Assembly (NCBI GenBank): GCA_965645245.1
Contig: OZ287083.1
Location: forward strand, 496,001 to 560,000
DNA length: 64,000 bases
From: Massalongia carnosa
Lineage: Eukaryota
Direction of reading: 5' to 3'
How positions within the stretch are numbered: the first letter of the stretch is position 1; each line of letters starts with the position of its first letter. Position numbers and translations under genes: made by a program. Shown piece by piece: positions 13,858 to 26,644 of this stretch. The notes under the pieces are model-generated. The model was given only the letters and a program-made list of their open reading frames with translations. It had not been told where the DNA came from and searched no databases.

Positions 13858-14323
13858 GCCGGGCAACGTCTGAGGTACCACTGAGGCAAGCAACTCTACT
13901 CAGTTCCCGGGAGGAAACGCAACCTGAAGCCATTTAGATATCTGTTCTTCATACCATGCCTCAATGTGTCTCTAGTATATCGGAACCCTGTTTATTAGGA
14001 TCCATTTCCAACTCCCTTGAATAAGCTCATATGCGGTAGGCTGCTTGCTCTTTGGGAAACCTGAACCTCACATAAAAGTCAGAAAGTGAATCAAACTTGC
14101 AGCTCGTTCACTTTAGTAACTCATTTCCCTTAGCCCTTTGATCTCTTCGTCTCATATTGCCGTGGAGGTTTCCTTCTTCTCTAATCTTCACTGGCTTTGC
14201 TGGCATTGGAGACAGTCCGTACCTTGATTTCCCATCAACGACCGCCAAATTCCTCTTATTACTTTCACTTCTGAGGAAGACCTTTCTCGATACATTGCAA
14301 GTCTAGCTTCTAGAGTACTCAGC

Positions 14324-15610
14324 ATGCCTAAGAAATCTGTCTTTGCGGGCGGCTGGAGTGAAACTAAAGCCGAACAGTAAGTTTTATTTTGCTGGACTTA
14401 ATTCTACTCCAGCAGATGCCATAATTGCCTGCTTTTCAATGTTTGTTATCATCGACGACGGTATGAAACTGACCAAGCTATGGCTAGGATAGAGAAGATT
14501 GAGGTGCCACCTAAGTGTGTATCGGAAAAATGACGATACAGCGAAATAACGGTCAAGCTAATCATGACCTTCAGAATACGCTGCAGCGTTTGTAAGAAAA
14601 TCAAAGGTGCAGACACGTACTCGAAAAAGCAAAGATTGGACTTGAAACATTTCATTGCCCTCGGCCATGACATCAAGCATAGCAGTATCCGATGCCGTAA
14701 ATGTACTGGAACGCAAACCCACGAGATGACCTGCGCCATCTGTGGCGAGACCAAGGGACTTGATGGGTTCAGCAAGGCTCAGCGACGTACACCGGACAGT
14801 GCGGTATGGACTTGTTACGATAACCAGGTCTTGTAAAAAGTTTCCTGATCTAGCTTTTAGCGATGCTATGAATGTGTCAATGAGCATCTGGCTTTAAGGC
14901 CCGGTTACAAAGATGTTTGGGATGTAAGTTCCGACGACGACGACGAGGTCAGCGATTACGATTCAGACGAACTTACCAACAATTACGAGTCGGCGGTAAG
15001 GATCTCCGTGTAGTTTTACAACTGTGTCTCTACTAAGAGGTCTCAACAGACTCATGACCAAACGGATGACGACATTGATGCAGCTACAGCGAGCATGCAA
15101 CGACTTACTGCGCAAAATCTCGAGAATCACGGCGGATCAGAAGTGCCCAAGGCCAGCGCAAGTGAGCCTGACACCGAGCAGCTTTCTATTGTCGGCAAAG
15201 AGAAGGGACCAGCGCGTGCTAGTGAAAACAACCCATATGTGAACCGATGGAACTATGCCAAAGCCAACAGCAAACGTCCCACGGAATTTACAGCATACGA
15301 CTCTACAGGAACCGCTCATCAACGAGTTCGTGCACCGTCCACTGCTGCTAGCGACGAGTGGGGTTCTGTTCGAACTCCCAGATCATCTAATTTTGCAAAG
15401 GTCAAGGTTTGTGATCGGGATAGCCTTCCTTTCTTTCCTATGCTGTCTGAATCTGATTGCCACATCTAGAGCTCGGATGCAGGCCCGAGATTTCCCAAAC
15501 TTCCCCGTAATCCCACTCCACCTCCATTCCCGGTTCAAACAAGGAATATTGTGGGGCGTCAAGTTCAGTATTCTGACAGCGAATCCGACGACGAATGGGG
15601 GACAGTCTAG
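14324..15610 (+). CDS. Stc1-domain zinc-binding protein
   Basis: Spliced ORF MPKKSVFAGGWSE...IRCSVCKKIK..YSKKQ..IRCRKCT..MTCAICGETKGLDGFSKAQRR..RCYECV (four CxxC pairs), an acidic stretch, and a C-terminus ...SDSESDDEWGTV* at 15610. Several short GT-AG introns. Confidence 0.8.
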
Positions 15611-16763
15611 TTTGGGGAGTGATTCCAATGTTCTTTTGGTGGGCTATCCACGGCCAGACAGGCAGGACAATGTTGAACGACCACCAATTGAATATTGGCA
15701 CAGCAACGGAGAGCGGGAACTGATAAGAAAACGAGACTTCAAATTAGTTGGCTTGGGACGGAATGGAAATTTAGGACATCAAGGCCTTTCCACTAAGTGC
15801 ATTGAAGGCGGCAACTTGAGTAGCATAACCAACTACTTAACTGAATGTTCAATCTATGATAGAAGTCCTGATGAAGGATGAAGTGCTTTTTTGTATCTGA
15901 CCGCGATAAATACTATGAATTCTCGGTCATGTACGGAGTACTCTGTATCTATCATCAAATATGATTCTAGAACCGTGCCCCCGCAATGAGGCGCATCCCT
16001 ACACCTTAAGCCCCCCTGTCTGAAGCTGCTCAAGTCAACCTGTCATTTACCGTGTAAGCAAGCCTAGTAAAACCTCCCTAACATCAAGAGCATATTTTCA
16101 TTGCCTGGACCCTTGGCCATAGAAAGTTCTCGCAATGCATTCTTACTCTGCCCCAAATATTTTTCTTTTCGGGTCCGTGAATAAAATAGCCCCAGGTGGC
16201 GCGTATAGTGCAAACCGTCGGTAAATATTTTGAGTGTAATGGGGCTTTGGAGTCTCGGCGGCTAAGGGGACGTCAGTTGATAGGACTTTGGCAGTACAGA
16301 GTATTCTTATATACCTAGATAATTATTGAGGGGGGTTTCATGGTAACGTTATGGGACGCAGCAAAGAGAAGCTTAAAGTGAAAGAGGATAGTCGTATTAC
16401 TTTAACCAACTCTCAGAGAATGGAGTTATTCAGGGAACGTTGTGTTTGAGGGTGAAGCAAATGGTGGCGGCTCGTTCGCTTCAAGCAACTGTAAGAGCGT
16501 GACCAGGGAGGGATCTACAACGTGCGTCATCATATAGGGTCCAATTGGTGAGTGGTGAGGAAGAGCCATTGTCACTGAGTACTTCGTTCACCTTCGCATT
16601 CATGCTCGAGAAAACCCGTGGCATGTTCGTTAACCCCAGCTGCGGCGAGTTGCATAACTAGCATCATTCACCATCATATCATCTAAAAGGACCTACCGGA
16701 TCGGCATCTGTTCCTACTTAGTATTGAAGGCAATCGTGCCAGCACTGTCGTTGAGGGGTTCTA

Positions 16764-18864
16764 ATGGCGTACGAACCATCCAGCTTTGACTACACAGATC
16801 CGCAAATGCAATACTCGGTGGACCCCAGTCAATTCGAATCACAGAGAACAAGGCCCCGAGAATCATCTAATGCTCGCGGTGAAGCAAACCACTCAAGTTA
16901 TGCTCGATCAGCTCAGCCTCATGAGCCTCCACTTAGCGAGGCTGTCTTTTCGGCCTTAGGACATACTGACAGCTCTACCAATGTCCCTCCAGAGCTCATT
17001 GCCCAAATTACGGAGAGTGTCATTAAACAGCTTAAGAGCAGTGGCTTAGACAACGGGACACCCGCACCACCAAATCAGAAACCCTTCCCTCCTCCATTAC
17101 CGATACACCAACCGATTCCTCTATCAGCCTCAACCGCTTCGACAACCTCTCCACCAATGCATACTAGAAACGCATATACGCCTCCTTCACCACACTGTCA
17201 CCGGGATTATGGTGGCCATGGGTCACCAGAGCCGCACTCAAATACCCCGCACGGCGCAGCCATCAGTCCTCGAGGGTCACCAACGGCTCAGTTCAAAGAT
17301 AGAAGAGTCTCTTCTCCTTTCAGCCCGGATACCGATTCGGGTTATGCTCGGCCGAAAGGCCCGACGAGGCTCTCGACTGGTAGGGACGAGACAACTTTAG
17401 AAAAAATTTGGGGCCAACTCTTTGATGAAGAAAGCAATCCCACACCCAGACTTGGCCAATTCCTGCGAGGGCTTGCAATGCATATTGTATGTGAATAGAA
17501 AAGAATGAGATCGGATTGCTTGGTAGGGATATTAGCTGATGGTGGCTATAGATTGAGGATTACGAGCCATGTCACAGTATTGTAATTACTCCGGCAAAGA
17601 TGGTCAAATACTATCAAGACGTCAGGCTTCCCCACGAGAATTATCCATGGTCTGGTATGTATCGCTTGCAGCTGCCCTGATATCATGTGGCTAATTGCAA
17701 GCGTTAGCTGTATTTGACGACGAAAGATCATCCATTTCGCGAATGTACAGGCAACTTGGTTGCCAGCACCATCTAGTTCAAGAACGTAACGATGAAAAAC
17801 CCGACATTCCGGGTCTCACACCGGTTGGATTTGAGCGATGGGTGACGCTCTTAATACAAGCTCATCCTGATGAAGAATATAATCGACTTCAGAAGGCCGT
17901 TCTAGCCATGCCCATCAGCAGCCCGGATAAGAAGGAGCGGTTTCCGAAGGACATATCTCGAAGATTGTTCCCTGGTACCGGTGATCGTAAGATCCGTGAG
18001 CGCCTAGATGATGCTATAGCTGAGCACGCCGACGTGGAAATTCCAAAGCGTAGCAAGCGCGAGGACTCTCCCCATAAGTTGAGTGTTAACACGGAATCGA
18101 CGTATGTCCCGCCGACGCATCGGCGGGAAGCAAGTATTGGGGGTGAACCGGTATCAACATTGAATTTCATGCCGTCGGCGCTAGAACGTGAGAGAGCGCC
18201 GTACGCCAACACGCCCTCCGAAGCCATTATTGATAACACAAACCCGTTTCCACCTCCCGCCAAGCCTATAGAGAGGGAGCGGAAGCCTTATAGCGCCGTA
18301 CCTGGGGGTGGCAAAGCATTCGAGGATGATTTGAGAACAACAAAGCCTAAGTCTGAATCTACGGCATCTAGAGCTGGCAAATCCGATTCCACCGCCAAAC
18401 CTCGTCCTGTCCAAGCCAATACCAATGGACCACGGCCCATGGAGATGCCCAAACCAGAAATCCACAATCCTCATCACGCCACCAGCAACGTCCGACACCA
18501 GCGGAGTCCATCTTTCAGCCATGCGAACAATGATTTCCGGCGCTCCGACAGCGACCTGCGTGGATACCCACCCGTGTTCCAAAGTTCCTCTGTGCCTCCG
18601 GCCGAAGTCTTCGAAGAAGACCCTCGGCGATACGCGCGGGATCGTACCGACCGAGCTCGACGACAGGCTGACGAGGATTCACGTGCATACGGCGAAAGTC
18701 CCAGCACCCGTGCTCGGTACGACCGGGGGCCAGACCTCAATGGACCGCCGCGAGGCTCATACCCGAACGAGGAAGAATACTATCGTGGTGGTGGCCGGGG
18801 TGGCCCGGGCGGTGGGTACGAGTATCCACAGCCGCCGTATGGGGGGGGACCTGTGTATCGATAA
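16764..18864 (+). CDS. Conserved fungal proline-rich protein (DUF7514-like)
   Basis: ORFs 16764-17498 and 17695-18864 joined through two introns (~17487-17550, ~17655-17708). Core LEKIWGQLFD...RLGQFLRGLA..IEDYEP..PDIPGLTPVGFERW..RFPKDISRRLFP. Confidence 0.8.
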
Positions 18865-20884
18865 GGGGGAGCTGGAATGATTCCATCACGACGACAAGAG
18901 GAGCGGGGAGGGGAGGCTTCATGTACTAAATTCTCGACCACGATCCACCTTCTTTGGGCTTTTAGCGCAGCGAGCCAGTCTTTAATTGTTAATTCCCCAT
19001 TTGCCTACCTCCTTGGCTACCTACTACATACAATTGCTTTGCCGATTATTTTCCAGGGCCGTGTCCCACAGCACCTGCATCGTTCCCCACGATTGGATGG
19101 GCGGCTGCGTAGCCCCTCCAGTTTCGCCCAGGCCCAAGGTGGGCAACATGTCGGCGCCATCTGATGCTACATGAGAACTACGCTAGGTGCCCCGCAGACC
19201 CCCTCTACGTTTGGCTGCCGCCCGCGTACTCCCCGTCACGAGTATCGTCACCCCGTAACTACTCCGTACCCTGTACCCTTACCCCGTAGCCAAGGTATCT
19301 ATCTACACTTGAGAACAAGGTGGTCAAACATGTTTGAAGAAGCACCCGGCACTAGTCTCCTGTAGGTGGGAGGGGCAATTTTTGGGAAAAGCGGAGGGTT
19401 TCGGGTCATTTGATGAAGGGTTCGTACAGAGTAGAATACATACTAGTACAGGGTACCGAGTAAAGTACCTGCGAGTACATGATTGGCTACGATCCGCAAG
19501 GGTTTTGTGTTGCGTATGATTTCGTTCACTTTGCGTGGCTTTCACCGAGTCGTTGTTCCGATTTTCGTGTGCAAATATACTCGAGTACGTCTCGTTCACT
19601 CGTACCGAGTATTGCTGTTGTACGAGTAATGTATCTCAAGGCTTGATTGCTTACCGTGTACGGAGTATGTGAAAATGGCAGAAAACAAGGTTCTCCGATA
19701 GACTTTACTCCATTCGGGTTAAGTTAGTCATCTCCGATGATCGGTCACACGCCGCTGAGTCGCTGATGGGTCAGCCGGACTGTGGCTGCGGCGTCGCAAA
19801 TAAAAACAGGATTACCGAATTGATACAGAGTACGGAGTACGGAGTACGGGATAATGGATAAAGACCTGGCGACGTCCACCTTTCCATCCGATGGACATCG
19901 TCGCAACGCCCGTTGGCGGTGTCCCCTTGCACGCTATAAAATTAATTCCTTCAGTTATCGCTTTCTCCACGCCTGACAGGATATTTCGCGCTGACGATAT
20001 TACACTTTTACAGAGTATGGACCATGCTCTCCAATCAAGCTTCCAGCGACCTGGGCGCAAAAGCGGCGCTACGCAAGTCAACGCGTTGAAGAGGAATCAC
20101 GCTTCATGCACCTGGATGGAGTTCATACCTTTCTAACGCCCCCCGTGTGGTTTCACTAAACCATTGGAGAGTCAATGTAGCAATGTATGAATGAGGATGA
20201 TGACGATGACGATGATGACTGGTCGTCCACTGGTCTTCGCGATGGATCGAGCGGCGCCTACACAGGTCACGCTCAGCCAATCCCCGTCGCGTGAAGACTC
20301 CAGCAGTAGAAGACGAAGAAGGAAGAGAAGGAAGAAACACGATCCATCGACACTTTGAAACGGGTCACGCCGGCACGGACCAATTGTTTCGGATTCACTT
20401 CGCTGCACTCTTGCTTTGGTTGAACGAAAGCCTATGATCGTCGCGAGCCGAGTGAGTCGTTCAACACTCTCGTTGTCCCTCGCTCTCGTGTTCTCGTGTA
20501 CTCGCATTCGGTCTCGTTCGTTCGTTCCTATTCAGATCGATGCCTTTGGTTGCTATTCTTGTCCATTCACTTCTTTGACCCATCCGTGTCTGGTGGCTTC
20601 CTCGTCTTCCTTTCTTTATACTCGCCTCTTTGTCCACTTCACTGTACTTTTCACATCACGTCTGCGATGCTGGCCCTCTCTATGATTCACGATTTTCTTT
20701 TGTAGTTTCCTTTCTTTTCCTTTGCCCATACCCTCACATCATCCTCATCATTCATCACCATCGTCCAATTCATCCACGCTGGCCGACCGTGTTGCCTACA
20801 TCCATAAAATAAACCTTAGACTAATATCTTCCGCTGGCCGGATCTGAAGAAGATCATACATACATACATACATAGACCATCACG

Positions 20885-23101
20885 ATGTCTACTACCGGGA
20901 ACCAGCGTCCCATAAATTTTCCGGCTGTGCCTTCGTCTCTCTCCGCTGGCGGTCGTGGGATACGAGATCATTATAGCACCGCTCACAATGCAATGCGACC
21001 TGCACCACATACAGCAAATTCAATCACTCCATACCTCGGACTCCGTGCCCGCCTCTCGCAGGTATGGATCAACCGATGGACCGTTCTCTTGTTTCTCATC
21101 CTGGTCCGAGTCCTCATCGCCATCTCGGGCTTGCACCACGACCTCGACTCCGCCAAGACGGAAGCCCTTTCGGCATGCTCGGCGGTCGAGTCGATGGGTA
21201 GCACCATGGCGTCGATGCCTCATTACATGTCGCAAGGCGTCAACGAGCTGGCCGCGACCGGTGTCGAGAAGGCGGTCAACGGCCTCATGTCGATGCTCTT
21301 CCTGAGTCTCACCGCCGTCGAAGAGCTCGTCGTGTTCTACCTTAACCTGCTGACCTCGACGTACGTGTGCCTGATTACGCTCGTGGTCAGCGGGAGCTTG
21401 CACGCTGCGGTACAGGTCGCGGAAGATGTCACGACGTTCCTCAACAAGACCCTCGGGGATATCGGATCGGACATCCACAAGGGCATTGACGGATTCCAGA
21501 GCGATCTCAACAAATTCACCGACGCGCTGAACAGCGTGCCCAAGATTTTCGGCAGCCAAAGCACGATCCCCAAGCTAAACGTGGACGACGATCTGAACAA
21601 ACTCGACCAGCTGACGCTTCCCTCGGGCGTGAGTGACGGCTTGGAGAAGCTCAACTCGTCGATCCCCACATTTGCTCAAGTCCAGAATTTCACTGACATG
21701 GCCATTCGCCTGCCGTTTGAAGAAGTGAAGAAGCTCGTCAATCACTCGATGACCGCGTTCAAGTTCAACCGATCCGCTTTCCCGGTACCGCAAAAGGAGC
21801 AACTCACCTTTTGCTCCGACAACAACGGGATCTCGGACTTTTTTGACAGCCTCGCAGACATCGCCAACCTGGCTCGCCGGACCTTTACCGGCGTGTTGGT
21901 CGTCCTCGCGATCTTGGCTTGCGTTCCCATGGCGTGGCGAGAGATCCAACGATGGCGCACGATGCAGCAAAGGGCGAGACTCGTCCGAGAGGGATCCTAC
22001 GAACCCTTGGATGTCATCTACATTGCTTCGCGCCCTTACACGGCCACCGCCGGCATCAAAGTGTCGTCGAGGTTTGCCTCGATCCGGAATCAACATCTGG
22101 TCCGATGGGTCATCGCCTACGGCACTTCGACTCCCGCGCTCCTCGTCCTTTCTCTTGGTATCACCGGACTTCTGGCCTGCCTATGTCAATTCATCCTGCT
22201 CAAAGCTGTCGAGAAGAAAGTCCCCGCGCTTGCGAACGAAGTGGGAGACTTTGCGGGAAAGGTTGTCAACGTGCTGAACAACGCGTCCGCGCAATGGGCC
22301 ACCGGTACGAACCAGGTCATTGCGAAAACGAACAGCGACATCAACACCAACGTCTTTGGATGGGTCAACACAACCACCGGAGCCGTCAACAACACCCTCA
22401 ACGTTTTCGTCGACGAAACCACCAAGGTCCTCAACGATACTTTCGGTGGGACCATTCTTCATGATCCGATCCAAGGTGTTTTCGACTGCTTGATCGGCCT
22501 GAAGATTGCTGGCATCCAGAAAGGCCTGGACTGGGTTTCGGACCACGCGCAGGTGAACTTTCCGCTGTTCAACAACGACACATTCTCTCTTGGCGCTGCG
22601 GCTAGCCTGGGGTCGGATGGCAAGCATCCGACGGAAAGTTTCCTCGCGTCCCCAGGCAGCGAGGCCACTGACAAGATCACGAGCGCCGTCGAACGGGTGA
22701 CCAGACACATTGCGGAGGCGATTCGTACCGAAGCCATCATTTCTTCTTGTATCCTTCTCGTGTGGTTCATCGTTGTGCTCCTTGGCCTCGGTCGCGCCCT
22801 CTTCCTCGGATGCAAACGGAGTAAAAGCCGCGCTGAGGGAGGCCCGTCGTTCGCCGGAGACATACCGCTCGATCAGCCTACGCGGCCATATTCCGGTGCA
22901 GCACCAGCTTACGAGCCACCCACAGCACCCCCTTTCCCCAACTTTAACAGAACACCCGCAGAACGCCAACGTGAGTCTGGCGGCAACGGGGGGGGATGGC
23001 AAGATCGGAAGTACGGTTTTGCCGGCGAGAGAGGGCCTGCAGATCATTTCGCGCCTGCGCACGTGAGGAGCAGTTCGTACGGACAGGTTGAGAAGATATG
23101 A
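20885..23101 (+). CDS. PRM1: Plasma membrane fusion protein Prm1
   Basis: 738-aa intronless ORF with TPYLGLRARLSQVWINRWTVLL, ACSAVESMGSTMASMPHYMSQGVNEL, multiple TM segments and many N-glycosylation sequons. Confidence 0.95.
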   Translation: MSTTGNQRPINFPAVPSSLSAGGRGIRDHYSTAHNAMRPAPHTANSITPYLGLRARLSQVWINRWTVLLFLILVRVLIAISGLHHDLDSAKTEALSACSAVESMGSTMASMPHYMSQGVNELAATGVEKAVNGLMSMLFLSLTAVEELVVFYLNLLTSTYVCLITLVVSGSLHAAVQVAEDVTTFLNKTLGDIGSDIHKGIDGFQSDLNKFTDALNSVPKIFGSQSTIPKLNVDDDLNKLDQLTLPSGVSDGLEKLNSSIPTFAQVQNFTDMAIRLPFEEVKKLVNHSMTAFKFNRSAFPVPQKEQLTFCSDNNGISDFFDSLADIANLARRTFTGVLVVLAILACVPMAWREIQRWRTMQQRARLVREGSYEPLDVIYIASRPYTATAGIKVSSRFASIRNQHLVRWVIAYGTSTPALLVLSLGITGLLACLCQFILLKAVEKKVPALANEVGDFAGKVVNVLNNASAQWATGTNQVIAKTNSDINTNVFGWVNTTTGAVNNTLNVFVDETTKVLNDTFGGTILHDPIQGVFDCLIGLKIAGIQKGLDWVSDHAQVNFPLFNNDTFSLGAAASLGSDGKHPTESFLASPGSEATDKITSAVERVTRHIAEAIRTEAIISSCILLVWFIVVLLGLGRALFLGCKRSKSRAEGGPSFAGDIPLDQPTRPYSGAAPAYEPPTAPPFPNFNRTPAERQRESGGNGGGWQDRKYGFAGERGPADHFAPAHVRSSSYGQVEKI

Positions 23102-24571
23102 GCGTGTTTCCTATCTTTTATTTCGATGAACTTAGAATTCCATTCATCCACATTCACGACTGCTCAGGAGCAGGTTTCCTTGAGGTTATGACGTGTGATT
23201 GAAAAACAGTCGCTGTATCCCTGGCTTTGCCTCGTGTCATCATGTATTGCCATTGTTCGAGCTTTCCCGCCCGTAATCGCCTGGGCGGGGGTGTTTTCCT
23301 ACATAATATTTCTTGCGTCTTAGGTTGGGTGGTTGGACGACCGCACCCCTTGTGGGGTTAAAGTGATTGGAGATTTCTTTTGAGACATCAGGAGGTTTTC
23401 GGATGGAGAATATGCCAATCATTTCGCTGCTACCACGGCCCTCGGAATCTGAGGTACATTCCCTGCATGGATAGCTAAGTATGGAACGGAAAACTCTGAT
23501 GCCATCACGTCCAACACCCGCTGTGCAAACTTACTCATCGAGATAGGCGGAGCTGAACTGGACGCGCGCCCCAGCGGCTGCTGCTACCTCTTCCTCTTCC
23601 CACTCTTGCGCACGCAACAGTTTTCAGGGTCGAGCTCCATAGCTATCGCCAAGCATCAGATTACAGACGGGCCATCGGACGCGCGTTATGAGTGCACATT
23701 CACCCCAACCTCGCCAACGTTTTTCGCATCAACCTGATTTTTCTACCAGCTCTTGCCCTCAGCGCCATGGATCCTTGATCCTAGCCGCAGCTCGTGTGGC
23801 GAGAAATGGATTTCGGAAACATTGGATACGGAAACATGGGCGAGTGAACAGTTTTCTCTTCATTCCTATCTTCCCTTCACGCTTGGTACTTGGCTTCGGA
23901 GGAAGAGAAAAAACGATGAGGACCCCGCTGCTGCTACCCGTGTTGCCCTGACCCTGCCCTCCATTTGCGGAAGGGTTCCGTGGCGAAGGGACGCGCGCGG
24001 GGGTCGAGAATTGGAAGCTGCGTTTTTCTAAGTGGACGAGGGGCAAGCGGGCGCGGGGAGGAGCTCACTTTAGTCATTCGTTTGAGGAGTTTCATATGTT
24101 CTTGACGGAGGATGATGAGAAGATGGTTCTCGAGGAAGGAGGTTGTGGATAATGGTATTAAGGGTTCATTCATACTTGAATTCGTAGAATCAAACGTATC
24201 CACAAACATCTTTTGCGCCATACGTTATGTGTGAATTGATTGCAGTGCAGGGCAATGGTGTTGGGGACGTTGGTTAATCACGATATATCTACAAAGTAAT
24301 CAACAGACCAGTAAGGCTTTCATGCAGCGTTTGTAACGCCAAGCCTCCTTTGCGGACGCCAACTTCCCTTCCCTGAGTGGACCCTGGAGTATCTTGAGAC
24401 CGAAGTCGAGGGGAAGGAGCGTCTTTCTTTCGATGGCATGAATGACCGCGATGGGAGTACGGAGCTGAACAGCAAGGAAAGGAATCGATGCTTAACTGTT
24501 TTAACATTAAATGCAGCGAATAAATCTATTCTTTTAATCTCGCTTACTCCGACGCCAACCGAAGATTAACT

Positions 24572-26341
24572 ATGGCTCCCTCCAGATATCGCCGACCCGC
24601 CTTGTCCACAGCCTATCCCCGGAAACAATCGTCCCCCCGGCGGGCCCTCAAGCTCGTCGCAATCGGCATCACCGTGCTGTTCATCTTCCTGCTGCTGACC
24701 TCGTCGCCGGTGCCCGCCGCCACGGTCGCCAAATTCCCCGCGCTCCGCCCGACCGCTCACCAACCGCCTGCGCAACCCAACAGCACCAGCGGCGACGCGA
24801 AATGGTATAGCGACTGGAAATGGCACAACCCGTTCTCGTTCGCCATCACGCAGGACGAGACGCGCTCGGTGCTCCCGCCGCTGCGGCCGAGACCGCCCAT
24901 TTACGCCTTCTACGATGCGGGGGCATCGAGCAAAGACAGGCCCACCCGAGCGGCCGAGGCGAAGCTGCTGCTTGTGTGGAGGCGGGCCTGGTGGGCGCAG
25001 GGGTTCAAGCCGATGATCTTGGGCCGGGCGGAGGCGATGAATAATCCGTTGTACGAGACCTTGCAGGGGAAGTCGATGGAGAAGTCCCTCGAGACGGAAT
25101 TCCTTCGATGGATGGCGTGGGGGACCATGGGAACGGGCATTCTGGCCAATTGGCTGGTTCTCCCCATGGCCGTTTACGACGATCACCTGCTCTCGTATCT
25201 TCGCCGAGGCGAGTATCCGAAGCTCACCAGGTACGAGGGGCTCAGGGCGGGCTTCTTCTCGGGCGAAAAGAGCAGCATCAACGGCGCGTTGGGCGAGGCG
25301 CTCAAGTCCCGGAAGCTGCAGACCGTGACTACGATCCTCGACGCGATCCCCGCCAACACCTTCGCCGTCGACCCCAAACCCGACGCCCTCGCGTTCTACC
25401 AATCCGCTACCCTGGCCGAGCTCTACAAACCGCTCGTGGCCACTATCGCCGAAGACAAACCCGCCGGTCTCCTGGCCCTTGGCCACCTCATCACCTCCCA
25501 CCTGCATCTTACCTTTCTCAACTCCTTCCGCGCCGGCATCGCCATCCTCACCCCGTACGAACCGCTCTCCTCCCTCCTCGCCCTCCCCGCCGCCCAAGTC
25601 GCCCACGCGCTGAACACGTGCCCATCCACGCCCATCCCTTCCTCCTGCCCCCCCAACAACCAGAAATGCGGCCCCTGCTCCCCCGTCCCGATCACCACGC
25701 CCGAATCCCACTCCAACTCCTCGTCCCTCTACACCATCGGCACCATCCCCCATCCATACACCCTCACCTCGCTGCTGGTGCGCAGCAAAGACGTCACGGT
25801 GCGGCAAATTCGGCGCGACATGGACCGCGACCCCTGGCTGCACATTGTCACGGAAAAGACGCTGGGGAAGCAGCTCGGCGGGCCGTCGAGGATCGTTCCG
25901 TTCAAGGAAACGGTCGCGTCGGAATGGGGCTTCGCAAGGGGACTGTGGATGACGGAGGACGGCACTCCGAGCCGGCGCGACTTGGCCTGGCGGTTTGGAT
26001 TCGCGTTGAGCGGTCATAACGCCTCCTCCTCCCCTTCCTCCCCCTCACTCGCCATGCCCGAGAAACACTCCCGGGCGCAACACGAGCTCCTCGCCACCGC
26101 GCTCGAGGTCGTGCGGAAAAACGACGCCGGCCCGGCGAACGGCATCCGGGACGCGGTCGAGGCGTGGAACATGGCGGACACCGAGGCGTGGCGGTTCGTA
26201 CGGGCGTTTGCGGCCCGGGAGGTGGTCGAGAGGCGGCGGTGGGAGGAGGAGGAGAGGCGGTTTGCGGGAGGAAAGGAAGAGGAGGAGGAGGAGTTGGGAG
26301 AGGAAGGGGGAAGGAGGGATGAAGAGGGGGGGTGGAAATAG
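24572..26341 (+). CDS. Conserved hypothetical type II membrane protein
   Basis: 589-aa ORF with strong GC3 bias, an N-terminal signal anchor (LKLVAIGITVLFIFLLL) and motifs WKWHNPFS, WRRAWWAQGFKPMILG, VEAWNMADTEAWRFVRAF. Confidence 0.85.
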   Translation: MAPSRYRRPALSTAYPRKQSSPRRALKLVAIGITVLFIFLLLTSSPVPAATVAKFPALRPTAHQPPAQPNSTSGDAKWYSDWKWHNPFSFAITQDETRSVLPPLRPRPPIYAFYDAGASSKDRPTRAAEAKLLLVWRRAWWAQGFKPMILGRAEAMNNPLYETLQGKSMEKSLETEFLRWMAWGTMGTGILANWLVLPMAVYDDHLLSYLRRGEYPKLTRYEGLRAGFFSGEKSSINGALGEALKSRKLQTVTTILDAIPANTFAVDPKPDALAFYQSATLAELYKPLVATIAEDKPAGLLALGHLITSHLHLTFLNSFRAGIAILTPYEPLSSLLALPAAQVAHALNTCPSTPIPSSCPPNNQKCGPCSPVPITTPESHSNSSSLYTIGTIPHPYTLTSLLVRSKDVTVRQIRRDMDRDPWLHIVTEKTLGKQLGGPSRIVPFKETVASEWGFARGLWMTEDGTPSRRDLAWRFGFALSGHNASSSPSSPSLAMPEKHSRAQHELLATALEVVRKNDAGPANGIRDAVEAWNMADTEAWRFVRAFAAREVVERRRWEEEERRFAGGKEEEEEELGEEGGRRDEEGGWK

Positions 26342-26590
26342 GGAAGGGAAGGGAAGGGAAGGGAAGGGAAGAGGTTGTTGTTTCTAGATACTTTATGGCC
26401 CAGATTGCGATAGGGTAGGGATACCTATTCGATTTCTTTTCATCATCACCATCACCACCACCTCATTTACCTACCTAGGTAAGTACATACATATCCAAGT
26501 ACAAATAAAGACCAAATTTGCGAACCCTACCTACCTACATCCCATCCCCCTCTCCCCTTCCTTCTTCCCCCGACACATGTACACATCTCA

Positions 26591-26622
<32 letters not shown>

Positions 26623-26644
26623 TATATATATATATATATATTAT
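26341..26644. repeat. SSR cluster ending in a compound (CA)n(GA)n(TA)n microsatellite
   Basis: (GGGAA)n, (CAT/CAC)n, (TACC)n, then CA, GA and TA runs directly before the MULE and cassette array. Confidence 0.9.

Noticed and set aside
20150..20361. Ste12/PRE-like TGAAAC sites upstream of PRM1
   Set aside because: Only two imperfect 6-mers, close to chance expectation.
24566..26017. 483-aa antisense ORF (also 22181-23062, 52301-52882 and similar)
   Set aside because: Shadow frames of GC3-rich genes. No recognisable motifs.
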